The notes under the pieces were generated by a model. It saw nothing but the letters and a program-made list of their open reading frames with translations. It did not search any database and was not told where the DNA came from. From assembly GCA_944388665.1 (NCBI GenBank), contig CALXJQ010000002.1, positions 1 to 49,535 on the forward strand: DNA of 49,535 bases, read 5' to 3'. The position numbers were made by a program, and so were the translations under genes. The stretch comes from an uncultured Clostridia bacterium (GTDB taxonomy: Bacteria; Bacillota; Clostridia; TANB77; CAG-508). This document shows, one piece after another, positions 19,382 through 31,236 of the stretch (positions within the stretch are counted from its first letter, which is position 1; every line of letters starts with the position of its first letter).

Positions 19382-19837
19382 ATGAAAGTAAAAAATTATA
19401 TGTGTGATGATAATATTTATTGTGTACACCCAAGCACTAAAGTTCAAGAGGTAGCAAAACTTATGAGTCAAAATCATGTTGGTTCAATTCCAGTATGTGA
19501 TAATAATGATTGCTTGTGTGGAATAATTACCGACAGAGACATTATATTAAGATGCATTGCTTGTGATAAGGATTATAAGCAGACTCCAATAAGTGATATC
19601 ATGACTTGCAATGTATGTAGTTGCAATGAAAATGATGATATTTCAACAGCAGAATCAAAAATGTCAAAACATCAAATAAGAAGATTACCTGTATGTGATG
19701 CGAATAATAGGGTAGTTGGAATGCTAACTTTAGGAGACTTAGCACAAAATGGTACAGAAATTGGAAAGCAAGAGGTTTGTACAACTATGCAAAATATATG
19801 CGATTGTAGCAGTCAAAATACTAAAAATGCTGAATAG
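19382..19837 (+). CDS. CBS domain pair protein
   Basis: Two CBS-like units: VGSIPVCDNNDCLCGIITDRDI and IRRLPVCDANNRVVGMLTLGDL. Confidence 0.8.
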   Translation: MKVKNYMCDDNIYCVHPSTKVQEVAKLMSQNHVGSIPVCDNNDCLCGIITDRDIILRCIACDKDYKQTPISDIMTCNVCSCNENDDISTAESKMSKHQIRRLPVCDANNRVVGMLTLGDLAQNGTEIGKQEVCTTMQNICDCSSQNTKNAE

Positions 19838-19844
19838 TGAATAA

Positions 19845-19893
19845 AAAAAGTTTTTATTACATATATTAAATTATGTAATAAAAACTTTTTTTG
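19845..19893 (+). terminator. rho-independent terminator
   Basis: An 18-bp stem AAAAAGTTTTTATTACAT / ATGTAATAAAAACTTTTT plus a T-run. Confidence 0.75.
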
Positions 19894-19922
19894 TTTACAA
19901 AAGCAAAGGAGGCATTGAGTAA

Positions 19923-21020
19923 GTGATAGTTAATGTACCTTATTGGACCAAAGTATTGAAAAACATAGCATATATAGCATTAATTATATTAGGATTGTAT
20001 GTTGCATTAAAACTTTCAATATTTTATATGCCTTTTTTAGTGGCTTTTATAATTTCATTAATAATTGAGCCTGCAATTAAATATATAATGAAAAAGACTA
20101 AATTAACTAGAAGGACAAGCTCAATCATTATATTTGTACTTGTTTCAGTAGTAATAATTGGAAGTTTAGCTTGGATAATAGTTACATTGTTTTCAGAATC
20201 ATCAAGTTTATTGCAAAGCTTAAATGATTATTTTGATAAAGCGTATTCTCAGTTTCAAAGTTTAACATCATCACTAGATTTTAATAAAATACATCTATCA
20301 GATGAAGTGGTGGAAGTACTAAAAAATTCGACAGGAGATTTAATTCAAAATATCTCTAATTGGATAAGAAATGCACTTATGGGATTAGTTTCTATTTTAA
20401 CTAAAATCCCTAATATCGCTATATGTATTGGTATAACTGTAGTAGCATTGTATTTTATATGTGTAGATAAAATATATATTTTAGACCAAATAGAACATCA
20501 TTTACCTGGACAATGGGTAAAAAAAATAAGTGTACATCTAAAGGAATTAATAAAGTCATTAGGAGGATATCTAAAAGCTGAAGTATCATTAATTTTAGTT
20601 TCTTTTATTATTTCTGTAATAGGTTTATACTTATTAAACATTTTTGGCTTTGATATTAAATATCCTCTTTTAATGGCAATTTTTATAGCTTTTGTAGATG
20701 CTTTACCAATACTTGGATCTGGAACGGTAATGATTCCATGGGCAATAATTTGTGCTATTAATGGAAATTGGCAACTAGGAATTGCAATAGTTGTTTTACT
20801 AATAATAATGTCTGTTGTAAGGCAAGTCTTAGAACCAAAGTTAGTAAGCAAAAATATTGGTGTACATCCTATTTTTACTTTAATAGCAATGTATACAGGA
20901 TTTAAAGTAATAGGCATAATAGGCTTGCTTGTTGGGCCAATTGTATTGATAATAATTAAAAATATTTTTTCAAGCCTAATTGACCAAGGTGTATTTAAAA
21001 CAATTTTTGAAAAGAATTAA
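19923..21020 (+). CDS. ytvI: sporulation integral membrane protein YtvI (AI-2E/PerM family)
   Basis: GTG start after AAAGGAGG. Eight-TM profile with MPFLVAFIISLIIEPAIKY, FVDALPILGSGTVMIPW and EPKLVSKNIGVHP. Confidence 0.8.
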   Translation: MIVNVPYWTKVLKNIAYIALIILGLYVALKLSIFYMPFLVAFIISLIIEPAIKYIMKKTKLTRRTSSIIIFVLVSVVIIGSLAWIIVTLFSESSSLLQSLNDYFDKAYSQFQSLTSSLDFNKIHLSDEVVEVLKNSTGDLIQNISNWIRNALMGLVSILTKIPNIAICIGITVVALYFICVDKIYILDQIEHHLPGQWVKKISVHLKELIKSLGGYLKAEVSLILVSFIISVIGLYLLNIFGFDIKYPLLMAIFIAFVDALPILGSGTVMIPWAIICAINGNWQLGIAIVVLLIIMSVVRQVLEPKLVSKNIGVHPIFTLIAMYTGFKVIGIIGLLVGPIVLIIIKNIFSSLIDQGVFKTIFEKN

Positions 21021-21034
21021 ATATTTTAATTCTT

Positions 21035-22570
21035 TTATTCCCACTCAATTGTTGCAGGTGGTTTTGAAGTAATATCATAAACTACTCTATTAACATGATT
21101 TACTTCATTAACAATTCGAGAAGATACTTTTTCTAATACTTCATAAGGAATTTTGTACCATACACCTGTCATAAAATCAGTTGTTTTTACTGCACGTAAA
21201 GCCACAGTATAATCATAAGTTCTTTCATCACCCATAACACCAACAGATTTTAAATTAGTTAAAACGGCAAAATATTGATTAATGTCTCTTGCAAGACCAG
21301 CTTTATCAACTTCTTCTCTAAAAATGCTATCTGCTTCTTTTAAAATATCTAGCTTGTCCTTAGTAACTTCGCCAATAATCCTAATGGCTAATCCTGGGCC
21401 AGGGAATGGTTGCCTAAAGACTAAACTTTCTGGGATATTTAACTCTAAGCCGGTTTTTCTTACTTCATCTTTAAATAAATCTCTTAAAGGTTCAACAATT
21501 TCTTTAAAATCAACATGCTCTGGTAGTCCACCAACATTGTGGTGACTCTTGATTACAGAGCTTTTTCCTAATCCACTTTCAATAACATCTGGATAAATAG
21601 TGCCTTGTACTAGATAATCTATTTTGCCTATTTTTTTAGCTTCTTCTTCAAAAACTCTTATAAATTCTTCGCCAATAATTTTCCTTTTTTTCTCTGGGTC
21701 TACTACTCCAGCAAGCTTAGACAAAAATCTATCTTGAGCATTTACTCTAATTAAATTTATATCAAATTGTTGCCTAAAAATTCTCTCAACTTCATCACCC
21801 TCGTTTTTACGAAGCAAGCCATGGTCAACAAAAATACAAGTTAAATTCTTACCAATTGCCTTAGAAAGTAAAACTGCAGCAACTGATGAATCAACACCTC
21901 CAGAAAGAGCACAAAGTGCTTTACCATTACCAATTTTTTCTCTCAATTTTTCAATGGTATCTTTTGTAAAAGAAGAAATAACCCAGTCACCAGAGCATTT
22001 ACATATATTAAATAAAAAATTTTTTATGACTTGAGTTCCGTTAATAGAACTATTAACTTCAGGATGAAATTGAATTCCATACAATTTTTTATCTTGATTT
22101 TCCATAGCAGCATTTGGACATGACGAAGTACTGCCTATATTTTTAAAGCCTTCAGGTACAGTTTCGACAAAGTCTGTATGGCTCATTAAAAATTGATTTG
22201 TACTTTCAAAACCTTTAAAAAGGGGAGAGGTAGTATCTATATTTACTTCAGTAGCCCCATATTCTCTTGTTTTGGCTTTTTTTACGCTTCCACCTAATAC
22301 ATTAGTCATAAGTTGCATGCCATAGCAAATTCCCAAAATTGGGATACCTAATTCAAAAATCCTTGCATCACATTTAGGTGCATTTTCTGAATACACACTA
22401 GATGGCCCACCAGTAAAAATAATGCCTTTAGGTGATTTTTCTTTAATCTTTTCAATTGAAATATTGTAAGGAACAACCTCTGAATAAACATTACATTCTC
22501 TTACTCTTCTAGCAATTAATTGATTATATTGTCCTCCAAAATCTAAAATTAAAATTAATTCATTTTTCAC
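21035..22570 (-). CDS. guaA: glutamine-hydrolysing GMP synthase
   Basis: [34 protein letters not shown], and the C-terminus PPATIEWE. Confidence 0.97.
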   Translation of the reverse strand: MKNELILILDFGGQYNQLIARRVRECNVYSEVVPYNISIEKIKEKSPKGIIFTGGPSSVYSENAPKCDARIFELGIPILGICYGMQLMTNVLGGSVKKAKTREYGATEVNIDTTSPLFKGFESTNQFLMSHTDFVETVPEGFKNIGSTSSCPNAAMENQDKKLYGIQFHPEVNSSINGTQVIKNFLFNICKCSGDWVISSFTKDTIEKLREKIGNGKALCALSGGVDSSVAAVLLSKAIGKNLTCIFVDHGLLRKNEGDEVERIFRQQFDINLIRVNAQDRFLSKLAGVVDPEKKRKIIGEEFIRVFEEEAKKIGKIDYLVQGTIYPDVIESGLGKSSVIKSHHNVGGLPEHVDFKEIVEPLRDLFKDEVRKTGLELNIPESLVFRQPFPGPGLAIRIIGEVTKDKLDILKEADSIFREEVDKAGLARDINQYFAVLTNLKSVGVMGDERTYDYTVALRAVKTTDFMTGVWYKIPYEVLEKVSSRIVNEVNHVNRVVYDITSKPPATIEWE

Positions 22571-22640
22571 TTTTTAACCTCCATAAAAATATTTTATAAA
22601 CAATATTTTATCAGAAAAGAAGTGAAAACACAACAATTAA

Positions 22641-23189
22641 TTACAATATTCCTGCTGTTGGTATATAACTATCATCTGGAGGATACACATATTCTTCAGT
22701 AGGTCTGTCTACTTTTTTTATTTCTGTTATTTTAACTATTGGCATTGGTCCATGGTAGTCACCTTTAGTAATTTCACCAGTCACCTCAACCCAAGTTTCA
22801 TCCGCAAAATCTTTTGCATTATCTGCCTCACACAAAAATCCAACTATTACAGATTGATAGTTAGAAGAAACAATCATATCTCTTGCAAGCACAAATTGAT
22901 TCTCATTAAAATCTAAAACTCTGTAAACATAACCTGTAAAATTAATTTTTACGCCCACATAATCATCTATGTCATCATGTACTGTTTTTAATATATTTGT
23001 ATAATTAGAAGCAGAGATTTTAGAAACATGATCTTGTGGCACATAGTCTACGCTACTTCCACTTTTCTTAGCTCCAAAGAAAATTTTACAACATACTACA
23101 ATTGCAATTAAAATAACAATTAAAGTTATTATAAAAAATAAAGTTTTGAAAACCTTGCTACCATTAATTTTGATATTATATATAAACAT
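22641..23189 (-). CDS. membrane-anchored DUF1980/TIGR03943-like protein
   Basis: N-terminal TM. The C-terminal pattern YVGVKINFTGYVYRV...FVLARDMI...WVEVTGEI resembles the DUF1980 C-domain from memory. Confidence 0.45.
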   Translation of the reverse strand: MFIYNIKINGSKVFKTLFFIITLIVILIAIVVCCKIFFGAKKSGSSVDYVPQDHVSKISASNYTNILKTVHDDIDDYVGVKINFTGYVYRVLDFNENQFVLARDMIVSSNYQSVIVGFLCEADNAKDFADETWVEVTGEITKGDYHGPMPIVKITEIKKVDRPTEEYVYPPDDSYIPTAGIL

Positions 23190-23339
23190 ACTCTTTCCTC
23201 ACTTTTAAAATCACTTTAATACAATATATGAAAGTTATGGTTGAATATTCCTAAAGAGTGTAGTATAATAGCTAAGTAGGATTTAGTTAGAAAATAATGT
23301 AGCCATAATTTTAGCTACAACAAGAAGGAGTTGTGAAAG

Positions 23340-23876
23340 ATGGTTAAAAAAATAAGAAAGAGGGAATATATGTTGCGGAATATGCAAGTAATATTCACTC
23401 TAATTGCAGTATTTATTGCCTTTATATGGGCGATGCTGCAAAAGTTCGATTTTAGACCGCCACAGGAAACAAGAAAAACAGCTGATGTAATACTTGTAAT
23501 AATGTTTATAGCATGTATTGCTACTTTAATAGCGATATACTGTTATAGAAGAACATTACTAAAAGAAGTATTGCTAGAAGGATACCATAGGATTCAAAAT
23601 CTTTCGAGAGTTATTCGGATAAATATATTCGAAGAAAAGCCAAAAGAAATATACTTGCTTTTTGTTAGAAAAGGTGACAAAAGGGGGTATACTGGAAAGG
23701 AAATTGACTCTGAACCATGCGAAACAGTCTATGCGTTGCTCAGACAAAATCGTAGAAGTGATTCAGACGAAATAAGTAGTTTCCGAATGATAGTACGGTT
23801 TTGTGATGATAAAATAGTACAGATAATTTGTGGTTCTAAAATTCAATCTGTGATGAGAATCACAGAAATCCGATAA
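23340..23876 (+). CDS. hypothetical two-TM protein (slightly G/C-richer orphan)
   Basis: GAAGGAG RBS. Upstream promoter TTGAAT, 17-nt spacer, TATAAT. Two TM helices followed by a soluble domain. No family recognised. Confidence 0.55.
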   Translation: MVKKIRKREYMLRNMQVIFTLIAVFIAFIWAMLQKFDFRPPQETRKTADVILVIMFIACIATLIAIYCYRRTLLKEVLLEGYHRIQNLSRVIRINIFEEKPKEIYLLFVRKGDKRGYTGKEIDSEPCETVYALLRQNRRSDSDEISSFRMIVRFCDDKIVQIICGSKIQSVMRITEIR

Positions 23877-23889
23877 CAACCTACTTTAG

Positions 23890-23929
23890 CCCAGCTATAA
23901 CTTTTCATAGCTGGGTATTCTTTTTTTTT
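23890..23929 (+). terminator. rho-independent terminator
   Basis: CCCAGCTAT / ATAGCTGGG stem plus a long T-run. Confidence 0.8.
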
Positions 23930-24018
23930 AGTTTTTATATATAAAACCTTGCTAAAAACTAATTTTCGTGATATAGTATGTAAGTAACAAAATATAAACC
24001 TAGGAGGAATATTTCAAA

Positions 24019-26763
24019 ATGAAATTATTTAAAACATATAGTGAAAAAGAAGTAAAAAGAATTATGCCATTAGTTAAACAAATTAATGATTTAGAAGGTG
24101 AAATGTCACTTTTAACTGATGCAGAACTTAGAGGAAAAACAAATTATTTTAAAAAGCAATTAGCAGATGGCAAAACATTAGATGATATATTACCAGAGGC
24201 TTTTGCAGTTGTCAGAGAGGCCTCTAAAAGAGTCCTTGGAATGAGACATTTTGATGTGCAATTAATAGGTGGTATTATTTTACACCAAGGTAGAATTGCA
24301 GAAATGAAAACAGGAGAAGGAAAAACTTTAGTTGCAACACTTCCAGTATACCTAAATGCATTGGAAGGAAAAGGAGTTCATGTTGTAACAGTTAATGATT
24401 ACCTAGCCAAAAGAGATAGTGAATGGATGGGAAAACTTTATAAATTCCTAGGATTATCTGTAGGATTGGTAATTGCTGGAATGGAACCAAAAGAAAAACA
24501 AATTGCTTATAATGCAGATGTAACTTATGGTACAAATAATGAATTTGGATTTGATTATCTAAGAGATAATATGGTTATATATAAAAATCAGTTAGTACAA
24601 AGAGATTTGCACTATGCAATTGTTGATGAGATAGATAGTATTTTAATTGATGAAGCTCGTACACCACTTATTATATCAGGAAGAGCAAACGAATCATCAG
24701 ATTTATATAGAAAAGCTAATAATTTTGTTAAAACTTTAACTCCTAAAGTTATAGTTGAAGAAGATGTAAAAGATTTAGAACAGGAAGAAGATAATGAAAA
24801 ATACGATTATATTGTAGACTTAAAAGCAAAATCAGCCTCATTAACACAAAAAGGTATTAAAAAAGCAGAAGAATTCTTTGGCCTTGAGAATTTTAATGAC
24901 CTAGAGAATTCAAATATAGTTCATCATGTAAATCAAGCTTTACGTGCACATGGTGTAATGAAGAAGGATGTTGACTACATTGTAAAAGATGGAGAAGTTT
25001 TAATAGTTGATGAATTTACCGGACGTATTATGTATGGAAGAAGATATAATAATGGCTTACATCAAGCAATTGAAGCAAAGGAACACGTAAAAATTGCAGA
25101 TGAATCAAAAACACTTGCAACAATTACTTTCCAAAACTTCTTTAGAATGTATAAAAAGCTATCTGGTATGACAGGTACTGCAATGACTGAAGCAGCAGAA
25201 TTTGAAGAAATTTATAACTTGGATGTTGTATCAATTCCAACAAATAAGCCAATGATTCGTAAAGACGAGCCAGATATAGTATATAAAAATGAAGATGCAA
25301 AATATAGAGCAATCGTACAAAGTGTAAAAGAAAGCCATGCAAAGGGTCAGCCAGTTTTAATTGGTACTGTTTCAATTGAAAAGTCTGAAAAGCTAAGCAA
25401 ATTGCTTACAAAAGAAAGGATTCACCATGAAGTATTAAACGCTAAATATCATGAAAAAGAAGCTGAAATAGTTGCTCAGGCTGGTAAATATGGAGCTGTT
25501 ACTATTGCAACAAACATGGCTGGACGTGGTACTGATATTATGCTTGGTGGAAATAGTGAATTTTTAGCTAAAGAAGAAATGCAAAAAAAGAAAGTGCCTC
25601 ATGAATATATTGAAGAAGCAGATACTTATTATGAGACTGATGACCAAAATATTCTAAGGGCAAGGGAACAATTTAAAGAATTAGTTGAAAAATATGATGC
25701 TCAAATAAAAGAAGAAAAAGAAAAGGTCATCGAAGCAGGTGGACTAAAAATAATTGGTACAGAAAGACACGAATCAAGAAGAATTGATAACCAATTGCGT
25801 GGTCGTTCAGGACGTCAAGGAGACCCAGGTGAATCACAATTCTATATTGGTTTAGATGATAATTTAATGAAAATCTTCGGTGGAGATGCAATTACTAAAG
25901 TTTATAATACACTTGGTGCCGATGAAAATATGCCTATAAAGTCAAAAATGATTTCTAATGCTGTTGAAAATGCTCAAAAGAAAGTTGAAAGTAGAAACTT
26001 TACAATGCGTAAAAATGTATTAAAATATGATGACGTTATGAACGCACAAAGGGAAATTATTTATAAACAAAGAAGAGAAGTTTTGGATGGTGAAAACATT
26101 CATGATAATATAATATCAATGATTGACTTCGTAGCTGACACAGTAGTACACACATTTATAAATCCAGAAAATTCAGAATTAAATATGGAATCATTAAACA
26201 CTGAAATTTTAAATATTTTTGGATTTGATATGTCAGACTTTATAAAAGAAAACGCAAAAGATCCTGATGCAATTTCAGAAGAAATAAAAGCAATTGCAAA
26301 AGAAATATATGCTAAAAAAGAAGAAGAAATTGGTTCAGAACAAATGAGAGAGCTAGAAAGAATTGTAATGCTTAAAGTTGTTGATGAAAAATGGATGAAC
26401 CATATAGACAGTATGGATGAACTAAAGAACGGTATTGGACTTCGTGCTTATGGCCAAAAAGATCCAGTTGTTCAATATAGGCTTGAAGGATTTGATATGT
26501 TCGAAGAAATGGTTAATGACATTAAATATGATGTAACTAAAATCTTAATGCATATTCGTGCAGCAGGAGATGCAAGACGCCAAGAGACTGTTAAGATTAC
26601 AGGCGCAGCACTTGAAGCAATTCATAGTGTTGATGGTGGTTCAAAAATTGGAACTGATGTAGACAGAACAATAAGAAATGAAGGACCAAAGATTGGTCGT
26701 AATGATCCCTGCCCATGTGGAAGTGGCAAAAAGTACAAAAACTGTCATGGAAAAAATCAGTAA
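24019..26763 (+). CDS. secA: preprotein translocase ATPase SecA
   Basis: [43 protein letters not shown], and the C-terminal zinc finger [14 protein letters not shown]. Confidence 0.98.
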   Translation: MKLFKTYSEKEVKRIMPLVKQINDLEGEMSLLTDAELRGKTNYFKKQLADGKTLDDILPEAFAVVREASKRVLGMRHFDVQLIGGIILHQGRIAEMKTGEGKTLVATLPVYLNALEGKGVHVVTVNDYLAKRDSEWMGKLYKFLGLSVGLVIAGMEPKEKQIAYNADVTYGTNNEFGFDYLRDNMVIYKNQLVQRDLHYAIVDEIDSILIDEARTPLIISGRANESSDLYRKANNFVKTLTPKVIVEEDVKDLEQEEDNEKYDYIVDLKAKSASLTQKGIKKAEEFFGLENFNDLENSNIVHHVNQALRAHGVMKKDVDYIVKDGEVLIVDEFTGRIMYGRRYNNGLHQAIEAKEHVKIADESKTLATITFQNFFRMYKKLSGMTGTAMTEAAEFEEIYNLDVVSIPTNKPMIRKDEPDIVYKNEDAKYRAIVQSVKESHAKGQPVLIGTVSIEKSEKLSKLLTKERIHHEVLNAKYHEKEAEIVAQAGKYGAVTIATNMAGRGTDIMLGGNSEFLAKEEMQKKKVPHEYIEEADTYYETDDQNILRAREQFKELVEKYDAQIKEEKEKVIEAGGLKIIGTERHESRRIDNQLRGRSGRQGDPGESQFYIGLDDNLMKIFGGDAITKVYNTLGADENMPIKSKMISNAVENAQKKVESRNFTMRKNVLKYDDVMNAQREIIYKQRREVLDGENIHDNIISMIDFVADTVVHTFINPENSELNMESLNTEILNIFGFDMSDFIKENAKDPDAISEEIKAIAKEIYAKKEEEIGSEQMRELERIVMLKVVDEKWMNHIDSMDELKNGIGLRAYGQKDPVVQYRLEGFDMFEEMVNDIKYDVTKILMHIRAAGDARRQETVKITGAALEAIHSVDGGSKIGTDVDRTIRNEGPKIGRNDPCPCGSGKKYKNCHGKNQ

Positions 26764-26898
26764 TATCAAATTAAGGGTTTCGCAAATTGAGTTGGGTAAT
26801 TCCAACTCTTTTTGTTATTTTAATATATTATTGACTTTTATCCGTTAAAACAATATAATAAATTCAACAAAAAACAAATTATAAAGGAGCGTGATTTT

Positions 26899-28003
26899 AT
26901 GGTATTAGAACTTGAAGAAAACAGCAAGTTACTTGAATCGCTGAATAAAAAATTACAAGATTTAGGTGAGTCTCTTTGACATTTCTAAGCTTGAAGAAAA
27001 ATTAAAAGAATTAGAAAATAAAACTTCAGAACCTAATTTTTGGGAAGATACGAAAAACTCTACTAAGGTACTTACGAATATTAAATCATTAAAACACAAA
27101 ACCACTACATATAAGGACTTAAAAGCTGAAGTAGAAAATTTAATTGAGTTATCTGAGCTAGCTACTGAAGATGATGCAGATATTGTTAAAGAGATTTTAA
27201 AGAATACAAAAAAATTAGAAAAAGACGTAGAAAAATTTGAAATTTCAACATTGCTTTCTGGAAAATATGACGCTAATAATGCAATTGTTACAATTCACCC
27301 AGGAGCTGGCGGAACTGAATCTCAAGATTGGGCAGAAATGCTATATAGAATGTATACTAGATGGGCAACTAAAAATGGTTATACAGTTAAAGAGTTAGAC
27401 TACTTAGAAGGTGAAGAAGCTGGTTTAAAAAGCGTTACTTTTGAGATTATAGGTGAAAATGCTTATGGCTATATGAAATCAGAAATGGGAGTTCATAGAT
27501 TAGTTAGAATTTCACCATTTGATGCTGGAGGAAGAAGGCACACTTCATTTGCCTCTGTTGAAGTCCTTCCGGAAATTTCTGATGATGTTGAAATAGAGAT
27601 AAATCCTGATGATTTAAGAATAGATACATATAGGTCATCTGGTGCAGGTGGTCAACATATCAATAAAACATCTTCAGCTGTTAGAATTACTCATATACCA
27701 ACAAATATCGTTGTAGCTTGCCAGTCTGAGCGTTCTCAAATTCAAAATCGAGAGACAGCTATGAAAATGCTAAAATCTAAATTGTTGGATTTAAAAGAAA
27801 AAGAGCACAAGGAAAAAATTGAAGATTTGAAAGGTGAACAAAAAGACATCGCTTGGGGAAGTCAAATACGCTCTTATGTATTCTGCCCTTATACAATGGT
27901 AAAAGACCACAGAACGAACTACGAAGTAGGGAATGTAGAGGCAGTAATGGATGGAGATTTAGATGGCTTTATGGAAAGCTATTTGAAATTAAAATTGAAA
28001 TAA
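26899..28003 (+). CDS. prfB: peptide chain release factor 2 (programmed +1 frameshift at CTT TGA C, 26974-26980)
   Basis: A short frame MVLELEENSKLLESLNKKLQDLGESL ends at in-frame TGA 26977-26979. The +1 frame continues as DISKLEEKLKELE... SPF and GGQ (SGAGGQHINK) motifs are present. Confidence 0.95.
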
Positions 28004-28033
28004 AATTTGAAATATTAAAAGGGGATATTTAAA

Positions 28034-28597
28034 ATGTTATATGATGAATATAAAAATGACGCATTTATCTCAAATATGGTTGATAATGCCAAAAAGAATC
28101 TTAGTAAAACTAATGCGATTATGTCTGCAGCTTTTATAATTGCTGCTGTTGTAAATATTATTGCAAATTTATTTTTCCCAGATGGTGTTAATATGATTAC
28201 AAGAATATATATAATAGTAATGAGTATAGTTATTATGGTAATTTCAATATTAACTATTAAAAATAGCTTAAAAGAACAGAACAACCAATTAGTAAGGCAT
28301 TTGGCTGTAATATCAACACTATTAACTATTTTTAGCATTGTGTTTACGATATGTTTAATGATTTATGAATACAATGATGCCTCAGCACAAGAAAAATTAT
28401 ATATTGATTATGCAGTTTTTGAAAGTTATAATGCAAGGGCATATAGATTTTATTATAATTATGCTTATAGTATATTCCAGATATTTTTTTCCTTTTTATT
28501 TTTTGCACAATTATATTTAAGACATTTTAATGATGAATTTTACCAAAGTAAAAGCGAAATCTTATCAGACAAAACTATAGAGGGAGGAGAAAAATAA
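28034..28597 (+). CDS. hypothetical multi-pass membrane protein
   Basis: GGGG RBS region. Four or five hydrophobic helices. No family recognised. Confidence 0.55.
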   Translation: MLYDEYKNDAFISNMVDNAKKNLSKTNAIMSAAFIIAAVVNIIANLFFPDGVNMITRIYIIVMSIVIMVISILTIKNSLKEQNNQLVRHLAVISTLLTIFSIVFTICLMIYEYNDASAQEKLYIDYAVFESYNARAYRFYYNYAYSIFQIFFSFLFFAQLYLRHFNDEFYQSKSEILSDKTIEGGEK

Positions 28598-28598
28598 T

Positions 28599-29243
28599 AT
28601 GTTTCAATTATGGTGGATGAGCAATGATATGCTCAAAGCAAGGACATATTACTACGAAAAAGTAGCAAGATTAAAATGGGATATATGGTTTTATTATACA
28701 GCAGTAGAAGGGATTATATCTATATCGTTCATGATATGTTTTGCATTGGGAATTATAGCTTTTCTTTTTACAAATCAAAATACTTATGTGGATCCGTTTT
28801 CTGGAATTAAAATAGGGTATTTTATTATTAATGCTATATTTATAGCAACACTTATAGGACTAAACGTATATTTTATCAATAAAGGAGCTGAATATGAAGA
28901 TAGAAACAGCAGACTAACTAAAATCTTAATTTTAGCAATAATAGCAATTATATTATCTATAACGCTATTCTTAGTAGTTAATGGTTCTATACATCAAAAT
29001 ATTAATGAACTATATACTGCAAATCCTAAGATTTACAGTGAAAATATAGTAACAACTTTATTCGGAAAACCAAGTGATTTATCATATTACATACCATTTT
29101 GGATTATGAGTTTTCTAATTACACTTACATTAGCATTTATAATTTACCTTGATTCTACATGGTTATATCGCTTATTTAAAAAGGATTCTGTACTAGAAAA
29201 AACAGAAGTACTATTTGATGAAGAACAAAATGTGAAATATTAA
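28599..29243 (+). CDS. hypothetical multi-pass membrane protein
   Basis: The start abuts the previous stop (GGAGGAG upstream). Several TM helices. No family recognised. Confidence 0.55.
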   Translation: MFQLWWMSNDMLKARTYYYEKVARLKWDIWFYYTAVEGIISISFMICFALGIIAFLFTNQNTYVDPFSGIKIGYFIINAIFIATLIGLNVYFINKGAEYEDRNSRLTKILILAIIAIILSITLFLVVNGSIHQNINELYTANPKIYSENIVTTLFGKPSDLSYYIPFWIMSFLITLTLAFIIYLDSTWLYRLFKKDSVLEKTEVLFDEEQNVKY

Positions 29244-29307
29244 ATATAATATATAGAGCAGATTTAATTAAATTGGCTCTATATATTTTTTTAAGAAGGT
29301 GGCCCAA

Positions 29308-30280
29308 ATGAAACCAATAATGGTATTAAAATTTGGAGGGAGTTCTGTTGCAGATAATAATAAATTAAAAATTGTAGCCGATAAAATTATCGATTTATAT
29401 GACAAAAATAATAACATAGTAGTTATACTCTCTGCACAGGGTAAAACAACAGACAAATTGATTAAAGAAGCTAAAGAATTAAGTAATCAAAACAATAATA
29501 GAGAATTAGATGCACTTATAAGCGCGGGAGAGCAAATTTCTATTGCCAAATTAAGTATACTGCTAAACTATCTTGGCTATAAGGCTATTTCACTAACGGG
29601 CTGGCAAGCGGGAATTTATACGAGTAAAAATAATCAAAATGCAATTATTAAATATATTAATACAAGCAGAATATTACAAGAATTATCAGAAGATAAAATT
29701 GTTATAATTGCTGGGTTCCAAGGATTTAATGAGGATATGGATATTACTACATTAGGCAGACGGAGGCTCTGATACTTCAGCAGTGGCAATAGCTGCAGCA
29801 TTAAATGCCAAACAATGCCACATATTTTCAGATGTGGATGGTGTATATACAGCAGATCCAAACAAAGTTGAAGGTACTCAGAAATTAAAAAATTTATCAT
29901 ACTCAGAAATGCAAACATTATCTAGCGAAGGAGCAAAAGTTTTACAAGAGAGAGCAGTGGAAATCGCAAATAAATTTCAAATTCCTATAATTACAAAATC
30001 TACTTTTAATAATCAACCAGGAACAATTATATCTAATGAAATTGAAAACTATGGAGCTAAAAGTTTAGTAAAAAAAGATTGCTCAAGATTGACTATTGTA
30101 GGAAGTGGAATGATTAAAGACCACAGCATAATTACAAAATTACTTGAATTTATAGAAGAAAATGACTTAGAACTTCTGGAAATTAACATCTCTGAATTAA
30201 AAATAACATTGACATTCAAAAATACAGTAACTGATGAAATAGTAAATAAAATTCATGCTTTTTTATTTTGTAGCAATTAA
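29308..30280 (+). pseudogene. aspartate kinase split by a 1-nt frameshift near 29761
   Basis: The N-terminal part has VLKFGGSSV and LSAQGKTTD. Reading ...TTLGR then CGGAGGCTCTGAT gives RRL-stop. Dropping one base restores TTLGRGGSDTSAVAIAAALNA, the canonical kinase motif, continuing into ORF 29783..30280. Confidence 0.8.
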
Positions 30281-30348
30281 TTAGTTCTAAAAAAGACAAA
30301 CCATGAATATATATATTTTAGTGAATAAAACTAAAGGAGGATATATAT

Positions 30349-30651
30349 ATGACAATAGATGAAAGAAAAACTAGTAATAATGCAACAAGTGTAATCCAAA
30401 ATTTAATTTTGGAAAATCGTGGGAAGCTTAGTGTATCAGGCGTTCTTGATGTGTTAAGTTTTGATGATCAAGTAGTGATAGTAGAAACAGAACTTGGCTT
30501 ATTAACAGTAAAAGGTGAAAATCTTAGAATAAATAAATTAAGTATTGATACTTCAGAAGTAATTATAGAAGGAGATATTTCATCTTTAGCATATAGTGAA
30601 AAAGATATGGAAAAAGGAAAAGGCAGTTTTATGAGTAAAATATTTAAATAG
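30349..30651 (+). CDS. yabP: sporulation protein YabP
   Basis: LILENRGKLSVSGVLDVLSFDDQVVIVETELGLLTVKGENLRINKL is the YabP signature. It is followed by yabQ and divIC, as in Bacillus. Confidence 0.9.
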   Translation: MTIDERKTSNNATSVIQNLILENRGKLSVSGVLDVLSFDDQVVIVETELGLLTVKGENLRINKLSIDTSEVIIEGDISSLAYSEKDMEKGKGSFMSKIFK

Positions 30652-30690
30652 AAATTGCATAAAATAGAGAATAGGAGGGAATCAAATAAA

Positions 30691-31149
30691 ATGATAAGTA
30701 ATCAGGCATATTTATTTGCAATTTTTATAATTGTTGGAGTAATCATTGGCTTAGTATTTGATTTCTTCCGAATTTTAAGAAAAGTTTTCAAAACAGCTGA
30801 TATCATTACATATATAGAAGATATTATTTTTTGGATATTGACAGGTTTTATAGTTTTGTATTCTGTTTTTACATTTAATAATGGTGAAATTAGAATTTTT
30901 ATGTTTTTAGGCATCTTGCTAGGTGTAATTATATATATGATATTTTTTAGCAAATACATTATTAAGATTAATGTAAAAATTCTTAAGTTTATAAAACTGA
31001 TTATAAAAACACCTATAGTTTTTATATATAAACTACTCAAAAAATATTTATTTAATCCTATTCACATAGTAATAATAAATATTAGTAAATTCTCTAGTAA
31101 ACTGATACATACATCCAAAAAGAGCTGCAAAAAATTGAAAAATTTGTAA
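30691..31149 (+). CDS. yabQ: spore cortex biosynthesis protein YabQ
   Basis: GGAGGG precedes ATG 30691. FAIFIIVGVIIGLVFDFFRILRK, multi-TM, conserved position after yabP. Confidence 0.8.
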   Translation: MISNQAYLFAIFIIVGVIIGLVFDFFRILRKVFKTADIITYIEDIIFWILTGFIVLYSVFTFNNGEIRIFMFLGILLGVIIYMIFFSKYIIKINVKILKFIKLIIKTPIVFIYKLLKKYLFNPIHIVIINISKFSSKLIHTSKKSCKKLKNL

Positions 31150-31236
31150 AAATTTTAAAATTCAAGAAGGATTTATCTAAATAATGTAGAAATATATTAT
31201 TATGAGTAAGTTAATTATCGAATTGGAGAGATACTG

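Noticed and set aside
22571-22640. Purine riboswitch upstream of guaA
   Set aside because: The leader is only ~70 nt of AT-rich sequence. It lacks the conserved junction nucleotides and paired stems of the purine aptamer.
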